A stretch of 64,000 bases of DNA from Raillietiella orientalis (taxonomy: Eukaryota). The translations under genes were made by a program, and so were the position numbers. The stretch spans positions 3,286,001 to 3,350,000 of the forward strand of contig JAYWIR010000015.1 in NCBI GenBank assembly GCA_036172245.1. The letters run 5' to 3'. Shown in pieces: positions 26,101 to 36,800 of the stretch (positions are counted from its first letter, which is position 1; each line of letters starts with the position of its first letter). The notes under the pieces were generated by a model. It did not search any database. It was not told the DNA's origin and worked only from the letters and a program-made list of their open reading frames with translations.

Positions 26101-27591
26101 CATTTTTGCATTCTTGGTACTGCGTGCCTTTCCCTCAGCATACTGGTGACATTTTTGGCTCCAGAAAACGCGTCATCCTTGCATGGTCATTCATTCATCT
26201 TTCTCATCCCGGTCACCCACGACCGAGAGTCCGGAAAACTCCACTGAAGGTTGCATTGCCTAGCGACCCAGTCAACTTTCATCCTATGGACAGCAAGATC
26301 CCCTTCCTCTCTTCCACAGTCGGACCCACCTAAAATTTCAGGACTTCTCGTGCCGTCAGTCGGCGACGCTCTACTCGGCGACTCAACTCGAGCAATCGGC
26401 TCGGAAGGTAAGTGCACAACGTCGTTCTCAGCTTCCTGCGACCTTCCGCATGCGAGTACAGATACTGCCGTCTCCGTCCCTTTCATGTTGTGCCATTCCA
26501 TCAGTTTCGGCGCGCGCCAACCTCCCTTCCCCTCCCTTCCCACTTACTCTCTCTCATACCTGCTGCTCTTCCTGCTTGCAACTATCTCTCTCTCTTGGAA
26601 GGTTTCCCGTTTCTTGCAGACGAGTTGCCGCTTAAGAGCTGCGATCTCGAGTATTCTCCTCTCTAGAGTCGCTTGCCTCGGAAAGAGCTTCGCTTCTTCA
26701 GCTTCACCACTCCCCATTCCAGATTTTCGCTACTGAAAGCAAAGAACTAAACGCATCCGACGTCTTCCTCCTGCTGCCGGTGCCTTTGAAGCCTGAGGCA
26801 AGCTCCAGAAAGAAGACAGCGGAGTTCCTGTCCCTACTAACGTTTCAGATCCTCAGCTCTTCCGGGATGCTCTTGGAAAAAGGGACGCTTCGTCCCTTCG
26901 TCCTTTCCTCTTCCTTCGCGTTTCCATGGCTTCGTACATCGCTCCAGATTGGCGAGTAAGTGCGGTAGCGATCGTCGCAGATGCCTCTCTCTCCGCTCAT
27001 GCGCATCTCCCGCACAAGACATCGAGAGCGGTCATCTTTCCGCCGCAGCAGTAGCAGCAGTGCATCCGAGTTTTCCCTAGGCAGGCGTCCTCGGACGTTT
27101 CCCCTCGCCGTCCCGCGGCGCCGAGACGCGCAGCTTTCGCTGACAGTCCTCGCTCGAGGTCACCTGCCCCCTTCTAGTCGCTGTCCGGTCTCCTCCTCCT
27201 TCAGCTCTCTGTGTCTTCGAAGACGGCTGATCGCGCGTGCTGATTCTGAGAAGCGCGTTGTCGCAGTTCCTTCGACGCAGCAAAAAAATCAACCCTCCCT
27301 TTCTCCTTCCCTTTCCACCATCGATCCACCTCCGCGAAGGACTTCAGGAAGACTTGAACTTCCACGAGGAATTCTCCAGCTGCCAAGGGAACCATTCGTA
27401 AGCAACGGGTCGAGGATCTTGACATCCGAGTACCCTTGACGCTACTACAGTCGGGAAACTCCTAGAGGCAGTGGAAGAAGGGGGGGGGGGGGGTGTTCCT
27501 TTGGTTCCCAAAGTCGTCGAAGGCCACGAACTTCTTCCCTGTTAGATAAAGGGGGGTGGGAGAGGTGTGAGGTCGGCATAGGGGTAGGAAT

Positions 27592-27670
27592 AGGAAGAGG
27601 AGGAAGAAGGGAGGAAGGGGGAAGGAGGAGGAAGGGGGAAGGAGGAGGAAGGGAGGAAGGGGAGAGGAAG
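27592..27670. repeat. 79-nt pure polypurine tract with a 17-bp unit (gaggaagggggaaggag) x~2.5
   Basis: Direct inspection; full units at 27611-27627 and 27628-27644. Confidence 0.9.
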
Positions 27671-27829
27671 TAAAAGAGACTTCCATCGCTCGGTAACTCA
27701 GGAACAGTTCCATGACATTCAAGGAAGCATCCCCTCCACCACCGCTCCTTCCTTCCTCCTCAACTTCTTAGGGGAGACGCTTTCCGAGGTGACCTTTAGG
27801 GGCTGCGGTGGAGCAAAGGTATGAGGCGT

Positions 27830-28780
27830 TGGATAGGAAGGAATGGGTGAGAGGGGAAAGGAGAGTGCAAGTCCTGAAGGAAGAGAAGTCGGATGCTAAG
27901 CGTAACGAGGCTGGCTGTACCTCTCCTCTCCTCTGGAGTGTCGGGAGGAGAGCACTGGCAGGAAAGACGTCGACGGGAGATGACCTCTGGAAGGGTTCTC
28001 GGCTTAGGATACCTGTGGGAGAACTTCCTAGAGGGGCGTGGAGGCTGCACCAATGATGGACTTCGCAAGCTTAAAGGAGGAGCTGTTCAAAAAAGGGAAA
28101 TGAAGGATGATATCCGCCGAATGGCATTTGTCCCTTCCAGCAGGAACATCTCGGAGAGTCTCCACTCATGTTTTTGGACCAGCGCAAGCCGCTTGCTCTC
28201 CTCACTCCCCCCCCCTCCCTTCCCTTCCATGGCTTCTGCTGGTGTCGCTTCCTTTCATCGTTGCAACCTTCTGCAGATTAGTGGTGGAAAAGGAGAAGGA
28301 GGAGGAGGAAAGACAGAGGTCTTTAGAAAGCGTGGATTCTGCGTGCGAGGCCGAAGGGCTGCAGACTGCATCGCAACACCCGTGCAGCAGCCCTGGTCTG
28401 CCCCAAGGGGGACCGTGAGCGGTGGGAGACGGAAAGAACGGGGGGTGGGGTGCAGCGCCTCTGTCCTGCAAGGACGAGATAGGCATGGCCAGCTGCAGCA
28501 GTGAGGACACACCCTGCTCCCTGCAAGTAAAGCACCGTTTGGGACGGGCTCGGGCAACGTTTCGGGGCTGCAGAATCTGGGAGAGGGTGCGAACCATGGG
28601 AACGGTGGCGGCACTGGGTGATGTGGGGGTGCTCCACTTCTCTACGAGAGGGTCGAAGCGGCTCATCATCTCTCTCCAGGAGGAGGACGAGATGATGCTC
28701 ACTGCTTTGGCCACCCCCTCCTTCGGTATCCTCCCCAATACAATGCCCTCTCCGACTGCTCCCTTCCTCCTCCTCCTTGT
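27830..28780 (+). mobile_element. Possible degenerate non-LTR RT and tail (R1/I/Jockey-like)
   Basis: WVRGERRVQV..SPLLWSV (cf. R.V.V...SPLLW), GCTNDG (cf. GYADD) and KRLIISLQ..ILPNT. Weak. Confidence 0.3.
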
Positions 28781-29069
28781 TTCCTGCTGAGACCACCCGT
28801 CCGAGACTGCCTAGGATGGGCACCGCTGCGCTGCCGCTGCTTGCACTCAGCAGAAGTAGCAGCAGCCACGGGGGCAGAGCAGGGCGTTCGGTTTTCACTC
28901 TTTTGTTGTTATTCTTGCTGTTTTACTTTCTTTACGTTCAGGAGCGTGCGCATGAGCGACAGATCTTGCGTGCGTGCGTGCGTGCGTGTATGTGTGCATG
29001 CGTGTTTTTTTTCCCCCTTTTCTTTTCCTCCCCTCTCCCCCCTCCTCCTCTGCCCTCTGCCGCCGCGCT

Positions 29070-29620
29070 GACCGCATCAATCAGGATGGGGCGGCTGACA
29101 GCAGCGAGAGCACGGGAGGTGGAGGAGGCGGGTGACGCTCGGGAGGAGGAGCGACACGGGAAAGTAAAAAGGGGAGATAAATCAGTCCGGAGACGGGAAT
29201 CCCATCCCGGGCTCGGCGCGCATCTGTTCGTCTGACTCCCCTCGAGCTGCAGCCGAGATTTACGTGCCGGGCTTCCCGGAACGGATGCTGAGGGGGAGGG
29301 GGTTGAGAATGGGGGCCCTCCAAGGGCGCGGCCCGAAGCCGAAAAGCGCTTCCTTTCCTCTCTTTCCCGTTCCCGCGCCCCTTCCTCGAGGGAGGAGGGA
29401 GGGAGCCTCAGGGAAGATTGGAAGGGAAAAGGGGAATCGACTCGTGCCGCCATTACTCCGCCCGCGGCCGGAGTCCACGAGCAGCCGCAGTCGCTTCCTT
29501 TCTGCGTCGGCGCCGACGGGCCAAGGGACCGGGAGCAGAGCTACAAGGAGCGGGCGTGGGCTGCCAGGTCCCTGCCGGAGGCGGCAGAGAGAGGCAGAGA
29601 CGCGGTGATTGACGGGAGCG
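29070..29620. promoter_or_regulatory. Putative Hox/TALE (Pbx-Exd, Meis-Hth) enhancer within CpG-rich DNA
   Basis: ATCAATCA 29076 (rc TGATTGAT), TGACAG 29096, ATAAATCA 29177 (rc TGATTTAT), AGATTTAC 29256 and TGATTGACGG 29606. Confidence 0.45.
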
Positions 29621-30166
29621 CGCGTCTCGGGCAGCCGCTGCCGCCTCAGGGCTCCGCGCGCCGGCAGGTGACACTTGTCGCTCGGTAGCGCCCGCGCACC
29701 GGCGGGGGCAGCTCTAAGGGGGAGGAAGAGAGGGACAGGGCGCGCGCGCGCGCGCTTGCTGTTCGCGGGGAGTATGGCAGGAAGGTTTTCGGAAGCAGAA
29801 GGAGAGGACCTGGAGGGCAGGAGGCAGGAGACGTATAAAGGTGCACTCGCGACAAGTAACGGCCTCGTGCGGACGCATTTCTTTCAGCGACGGTGGCGGC
29901 GCCCTGCGAAGGTCACGAAGAAAAGTGAGCTAGAGGGCATGAAGGGAGGGACAGTTTGATCAGTAGCCTCGGAATAAGGAGCATCATGGCGGAAAGAGAC
30001 CTCTGGCACATGTCCTGGAGCATTCCTGAAGCCGATCAGAGGAACATTCCAGTCTAAGAACCGTGCCGGAAACCCACGCAGGTCACGGCCCCTTGCAAGC
30101 GACTGTGCAAGGGGGTCACAGGGAAAGAAGTCGTCTTTTTTTTGGTGAAAAACCCTTCTTCCTTCT

Positions 30167-30678
30167 TTCCTTCCTTTTGCTGCTCCCCTCCAGGAGGAAA
30201 AGGGACACGCCCTCTTCCGTGAGCTTCCAAAGGACGCTTCCTTTGCTTCTCATCCTGGGGAGACTGGGAGCAAACCCTCCTAGTGGCGACGGCAGCGGCA
30301 TGCGAGCGAATGCGTCCTGTCCTGGGATCTCCCGTGCCGCCCCTTTCCGGGGTGGTCCAATCGCTGAGACCCTGGACGCGGCTTCCGTGCAGCCGCGCGA
30401 GCATTGCGGGGGGTAGAGGATAATCCCCAGAACTATCCCTCGAAGGGAGGTCCTGACACTCCATCGTTGGAAGAAACGGGCGGAGTCCGGTGGGAGTGCA
30501 CGGAGGAGAGGATTCGGAATATCCTCTTGGGAAGGGGAGGAGCATCTCCAGTCTCCCCTCCGGAGGTTCTGCCTTTTAGCATCCGGTATTGGTCCAGCGC
30601 CCCAGGCCTCCACGGCAAGGAGATGCTCTGTCTCCTTGGGTTTGCACAGATTCACACCAGAGATTCCCAGCTCCCCAC
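30167..30678 (+). repeat. Inverted repeat, left arm (512 bp)
   Basis: Reverse complement of 34273-34785. The ORF track shows matching peptides on opposite strands (e.g. MRGVEDNPQ at 30404 + and 34547 -). I found one substitution and one 1-bp indel. Confidence 0.97.
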
Positions 30679-33600
30679 TGGGATCCTCTGACCTTCACCC
30701 ATCTTCCCTTCACCCTTGGAGCCCGCAAAGGTGCTTCGCTCTTCAACCGAATCCAGAATCTCAGGAAGAGGGAGGAGCGGAGAAGGAAGCTGCACGTTGC
30801 TCGAACGCTGCACAACGCTCAGAAGTCACAGCAGAGATCTGGGGTATGAGGAAGCTGGATGCTTCGTCTTAGAGGTCCTCATCTCTCCCTTCCCCTACTC
30901 TTCCTAAAGGAACTTATCCTTTCGTCGGCCATCTCGATTCCCAGCTTTTTTGGAGGTGACGTTGAAAGTTCTGGAGATCTTTTATCCTCCCTTCCAGTTT
31001 GGAAGCATTTGCGAGGTCCTCTTTCCTCCGTCCTCTTCCAGACGTGGGGGACATCCGGTTTCCGTCTTCATCCAGCTTGGGGTCCCTTGGCCCGGGAACA
31101 TTCCTGTGTCCCGTTCCGCGGACGGAACCCCTTCTCTCTTCTGCTCCTCATCCAGTGCGCTCTGAAGGATCCCTTCTCTCCTCAGTCACGTTTGGACGCC
31201 GGCAAGCTCGATGTTTTTCCCGCCATTCTCCCCCTTTCTTTTCCAGGTCCTGTAGACGCGGTGTAGCTCACGGGGGAGTGCAGAGCGTTCCGGAGCTCCC
31301 AGTGCTCTCTCGATCATTTCCAATCGCAGACTGGGAAAGACAAAAAGAAAAAGGAATCTAAGAGAAGGGAGAAGAACGGAGGGCGGAGGAAATCCTTTAC
31401 CCCACTCCCTCTTTTTTTCATTCTGTCTCTTCCTGCCCTCCTGCTCTGCCAGAGTCACCACCGCGACCCGCTGAAGGAAATGCGTGTCTTGCGGGCAACC
31501 CCGATGTCACTCCGTCGTAACACGGCGGCGCATGAGCGGTTCTTCCCTTCTCTCTCCTTTCTCCTCTTCCTCCCTCCCGGGAGTCGCGTACGCGCGCGCA
31601 CGCGTGCAGGATGTGCGTCTCTGTGCGGAGAGAGTGCCCACGTCGCTCCCTTGCGGCTTGCGCACACACCCGCTGGGGAGGAAAGGATGGGGCAAATAAG
31701 GAGGAGGGGAAGGGGGAGGGAAGAGAAGCAGACGAAGCGTAGAATCCGTCGCCGCCATTGCGGGGCTTCTCGAAGGCAAGGGGGCAGAGAGGTGGATGGG
31801 TGGGTGAAGAAGGAAGGGGACGGACGGAGAATGAAGTCCCTCCCCAATATCCCTCCCGAAGCCTCCACATGAGGGCGTCGCCGCCCCCATAGCCCCATTT
31901 CCTCCCTCTTGGCGCCTCGCGGAGAATGCTCCATTCTTTTCTGCAGACTGGACCCGCCCCATCCTCACCCCAGTCACTCACCACTTCCATCCAAGACTGA
32001 GGCGAGCGCTTTGCAGCCTGAGGCATCCCTTGTAGCTCTCGGATTCTCCAGAGAATCATCCTTCCCCCTCCTCCATCCTTCTTTCCCGCCGCGCACCTCG
32101 GAGTCCAGCCGAACTCCGCTCCCTTTCACCTCTGCCCTCTTTGCCCTCCCAAATTCCCATCTCAGCTCTGAGCTCCTCTCCCGTTTCCCAATGCGCCGAA
32201 GGACCTTCTCTTGTCCTCCTTGACAATGCCGCTCACCTGGGTCGCTCCTCCTCTCCGTTCTCCTCTTCCCTCTGTGGACCAGGTTCGCACTCACCACCAC
32301 GCGAAGACCCAAGGGAGTGGAACCAAACGACAGGGAAGGGAAGAGAAGGAGTGAGAGAGAGGGGGCAAAGGATAGAGGATCCGCCTGTAGAAACGCAGCA
32401 TCCGATCCGAACCCGAGGAGGCCTCCCTCTTCCTCGGCAGCCTCTCGAAGGAGAAATTGCCCGCGCCGGAGGCAGTAAATCTCGGAGACGGTAGAGAGGG
32501 AAGAGAGTCAACCTGGGGGGGAATCCGTCTGGAGGGAGAGCCAGACGTAAATCACCGCCCCTCCTGACAGCCGCAGACGGACCAGCTCGCGCATCCTCCC
32601 GAGCTCCGACCACGATGGCAGTGGCAGCACCGGCGGCGCGGGAGAGGGGAGGAGGAAGGAAGTCAAGAAGAGCCGGAAGAAAGGGCAGGGCAGGTGGACG
32701 ACCCCGACCTTGCCCCTCCAGTCGCTTTCCTTCTTCCTGTTCCGGCCTCCTCCCTCTCTTCTCTTTCTCCTCCCACTGGGCATCTCCCGAGAGAAAGTGC
32801 ACGCGGGGCGAGGGAAGCACCAGCAGCAGTACCTCTGGCGATCCCCGAGCTCTTTCCAAACGCCTAGGGGAATTCTCCAGACTCTTCTTGAGGCGAAGAG
32901 CAGCATCTTCGTCGTCAGGATCCGCGCGGTTCCGAGTCGCGAGCGAACGAATCTCGCGTCCCTGTGGAGGGAGAGCCCGTGAGGAGGGACAAGGACCAAA
33001 GACGCGCGGTGGAAGCGCAAAGAGAAGAACAAAGGAGGGGAGGAGGAGAGGTGTCAAGAGAACGAAAGGGGCACCCCAGAGAAGCACCTATGGGGATGAA
33101 GGGGGACTCGTTGTCCGGCTACGCGCATCTCTCGAGTCCCGCCTCCAGAAGCATTTCCTCTTCAGTCCACCACCCTCGCTCTCTGAAGCATCGCTCGGGA
33201 TTGTTGGGGGGTCCGTTCGTACGAGAGCGACTGCAACCGCCCCAGGGTCTTTCCAGAACAACCGCGGATACAGGGGAGGACAGGCACCTTGATTTTTGTG
33301 ACGTCATCGAAACGCAGCGTTGGTTTCTTGCGGTCCCATTCTCGCTTTCCACTTTCCCTCCGGGTGAAAGAGCACGACAGATCTGGAGCACGAGGGCTCT
33401 GAAGATGAGGGAGGAGCGATTTGAGAGGGAGGAGGGAGGAGGCCGGAGGCAGAGAACGACTTCCTGTAAGTGGGAGCTGCGGCTGCAGAGGGGGCATCCG
33501 ATCCTGCGCGGCAGCACGAAGAAGGAAGGCACCAGGCGAAAGGACAGCACGTGGGGCGATGACAGCAGTCACGGCCTCCCGGCTGGAACAGGGGATGAGC

Positions 33601-33899
33601 GGCGAGGTCCCGGAAATCTGCGAGCAAGAGAGCCTCTCCTCGAGTGCCTCAGGGTTTCTCCCTTCCCTCCATCCGAATTGCTGCTGTGTCAGATATTAGG
33701 GTCTCCAAAATCCAAATTCAACTACTGCGACCCTCCCCCGCGCACCCGGGAAGCCCTTCCGGAGAGGTGAGGAGACGGGAAGCGCGACTATGCTCTTCCC
33801 AGAGGTTTCCTCTGGGCGGTCCACGCCACCACCTCCTCGGAGAGGACTACCGACTCTGGAGAAAGGGAGTGAGTTGACCAATTCGGAACCGAGGCAGCC

Positions 33900-34785
33900 A
33901 TCCCTCCTGGAGAAGAGTTCTTGGCAGCGCCCAGAAGAGACCCCCCGAGGGTGCACTCCAAGTCCCCTTGTGCGTGAGGGCCGCCAGTGTTCGGGGAGAA
34001 GAGTACTGAAGGAGGAGAAGGGTCTCGGGAGACGCGTGGGGTAAAGACAATGGAGCATCTGACACACAGGGGAAGAGTCCATCGACCCAGGAGGGTTTGA
34101 AAGACCACTTAGAATGAAAACTCCTGGTCCCGAGGGAGCCCCTCTCTATCTCCAAGAGAGAGAAGCTACGTCTTTCTCCCGAGCACGCCCGTCCTTCCGA
34201 TTAAAGGGCTCCTCTTTAAGAGGGAGGAGTTTCTTGAAAAACATCCCTGAAGAAGGGAATCAAAAAATTTTCGTGGGGAGCAGGGAATCTCTGGTGTGAA
34301 TCTGTGCAAACCCAAGGAGACAGAGCATCTCCTTGCCGTGGAGGCCTGGGGCGCTGGACCAATACCGGATGCTAAAAGGCAGAACCTCCGGAGGGGAGAC
34401 TGGAGATGCTCCTCCCCTTCCCAAGAGGATATTCCGAATCCTCTCCTCCGTGCACTCCCACCGGACTCCGCCCGTTTCTTCCAACGATGGAGTGTCAGGA
34501 CCTCCCTTCGAGGGATAGTTCTGGGGATTATCCTCTACCCCCCGCAATGCTCGCGCGGCTGCACGGAAGCCGCGTCCAGGGTCTCAGCGATTGGACCACC
34601 CCGGAAAGGGGCGGCACGGGGAGATCCCAGGACAGGACGCATTCGCTCGCATGCCGCTGCCGTCGCCACTAGGAGGGTTTGCTCCCAGTCTCCCCAGGAT
34701 GAGAAGCAAAGGAAGCGTCCTTTGGAAGCTCACGGAAGAGGGCGTGTCCCTTTTCCTCCTGGAGGGGAGCAGCAAAAGGAAGGAA
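33900..34785 (+). mobile_element. Possible degenerate LINE RT that includes the right inverted-repeat arm
   Basis: ETPRGCTPSPLV ~33938 (cf. G.PQG..LSP.L), NQKI/SWGAGNL (cf. L.KI..W...N), NLCKPKETE (cf. N..KTE) and IVLGIIL (cf. LG.ILD). Confidence 0.3.
34273..34785 (-). repeat. Inverted repeat, right arm (513 bp)
   Basis: Reverse complement of 30167-30678, with an extra G in the run at ~34618-34621 and a substitution at ~34282. Confidence 0.97.
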
Positions 34786-35749
34786 GGAATAATAAGAAGA
34801 AAATGCTGAAGAAGACGAAACGGAGGAAGAGGAGTCCATGATCGGGCCAATGAAGAAAAACTGGAAGAGAAGGTGGCAACGAACAGTGGCAACTGAGGCT
34901 ATTCCGGGAGCGCCTGCATGTCGGTCCTCTTCGAGAAGGCGTTCCTCAGCTGTCTCGGAAGGCGGCTCCAGCGAAAGTCCACCGAAAAAGGATAGTCTTC
35001 CTTCTGCTCTTGCATCATGATTTCCCAGAAGTCCTTGATTCCTCGTGACCAGATTCCATGTGGTAAAGTGCTGAGCTTTCCGGTTGCTCTGGAGACACGC
35101 AGGCGCTGGAGTGTATTCGGTCCGTGCACTCTCAGGGAAAGAGGAGGTAAACTAAAGGAAAACGAGGAAGGGAGAACGGGGGAAACCAGGAGGGATCTCC
35201 AGAAGGAAGCTACGCCGAAGAGAAAGAAGGAATGGCCTGCCTGTCTTCGCCTCTACGCTTGGGCGGCGGCGGCGATCATACAGGAGACGCGGCTGCCATC
35301 CTTCCACGGGGGCGCCGCCGTCCAGACAAACGAACGCCGGCGCGCGCCCCGATTCCCTCTGACGTTCTCCGGGGAGCAGTTGCTTGGCAGCGACACCTCA
35401 CAACCCGCGGCGGCTTCCTAAAAGGCGGCCCTTAAAGGGATGCAAAACGCCGGCAAGAGCGTCTGTGGCCGCCCTCGCGCTACGCCCTAGGGAGAGCCCT
35501 CTCCGCGACTGCTCAGCGCGAAACCGGTGACCCGATCGGACGGGGAGTCTTCCTCCTCTCGCGTCGGCGGGTGCGCCAGAGGGAGAAGTCCCGTCGACGG
35601 CGCTGTCGTCGGTTCTTGCTGCACGGCCGTGATGTGCCCTCAGCCGAGAGAGAGGAGGCGCTGACGCGAACCAGGGAACGGGGAGAAGGGAGGGAGGGGG
35701 AGAGGGGAGGGGAGGAATCGATCCTCCCCCTCGCTCCTCTCCCGGCTCC

Positions 35750-36800
35750 CGGATGAACGACTGGCATTACCACGGCTAGCCATGCTCTGAGATGAAGTTG
35801 TGCAAAATAATTCCGTACCCCGATCCATCAGGCAGCGTTGTCAGCCGCGTACGTTGATCGATTGTACCACTCCTTCGTGCTGCAGACAGGCCATAATTAA
35901 AGAAGAAATATCCTCCGTACGATTCATAATTAAAATGAGCGAATGTCGCCGTGGTAACCCGAGCGTAAAGACAAAGTACTTCCCAGAGAGTTTCTTCCAG
36001 CCGTGCCTGCAGCCGCCGTCGCTTCGACCACGATCCAGCAGACCTCTTTCGAAGAGCGGGGACCGTGATGGATTCCGGAGAGACGCGCGCGCGCGCGTCT
36101 ATCTCCCTACCTCACTCTCCCCCTCTCCTGCTCTGAAGGATTCCTTCAAAAAATCACAGATCAATAAGCATGCATAATCTCGTGTGCGAAGGAGATTGTA
36201 GCCGTGGTAACGAGCGGGATTTAGGAAACGGGGTTTTCGCAAACACACCCGATTGTTTGAACAAAGAAATTAAAAAAGGAGAGAGGAGAGAGGGAGAAAG
36301 GAGAATAATCCAGAATCATGGCGAAATGGTCTTCTCCTCAGGAACTGATCAAGGAGGCAGGAATGGTGGGAAGAAGAAATCATTGCGGGCATTTATCAGT
36401 CCTCAGACGGCAGAATTTTCCGCGTCTGCGTGAGATCAGCCTTACCAGAATATGAAATGCTAATTTCGAGGCGCAGCATCCATTATGGCCCGCGTCATCT
36501 GAGACCATCAGTTAAAAGGGAGCGGACAAGTAAATTTCCCGCGTCTTAGAGCGGTCCTCCGTCGGCTGGTGCGCCAGCACTCTGCTGCGGAAGACGCATC
36601 GCGAGAACTTCCTCCTCCTCGCGAGGGCACTCAGGCACGTCGCGGGATTGCTGTCGGTGGCTGTTCCCGCAGATACTCCAGAGCGGAGATGAAAACATAA
36701 TTCCCTGATATTTCATGCAGCACTCATGGGAAAGAAGTGTCATTCAAGTCAGGAGATAATCAATACATCCCCCCCCCCCCGTCATCCAGACTCACGCTTC
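35750..36800. promoter_or_regulatory. Putative developmental enhancer cluster (homeodomain and RFX X-box-like motifs)
   Basis: CATAATTAAA twice (35892, 35925); GCCGTGGTAA three times (35767 rc, 35948, 36201); also CCATTATGGC, ATTTATCA and GATAATCAAT. No TE motifs seen here. Confidence 0.45.

Noticed and set aside
29833..29840. TATAAA downstream of CpG-rich DNA as a promoter
   Set aside because: No initiator or transcript evidence, and it is adjacent to the inferred LINE tail on the opposite strand.
30167..34785. Inverted repeats as TIRs of an autonomous DNA transposon or a recombinase-driven switch
   Set aside because: No TSD, no transposase or recombinase ORF inside or nearby, and no recognisable terminal motif.
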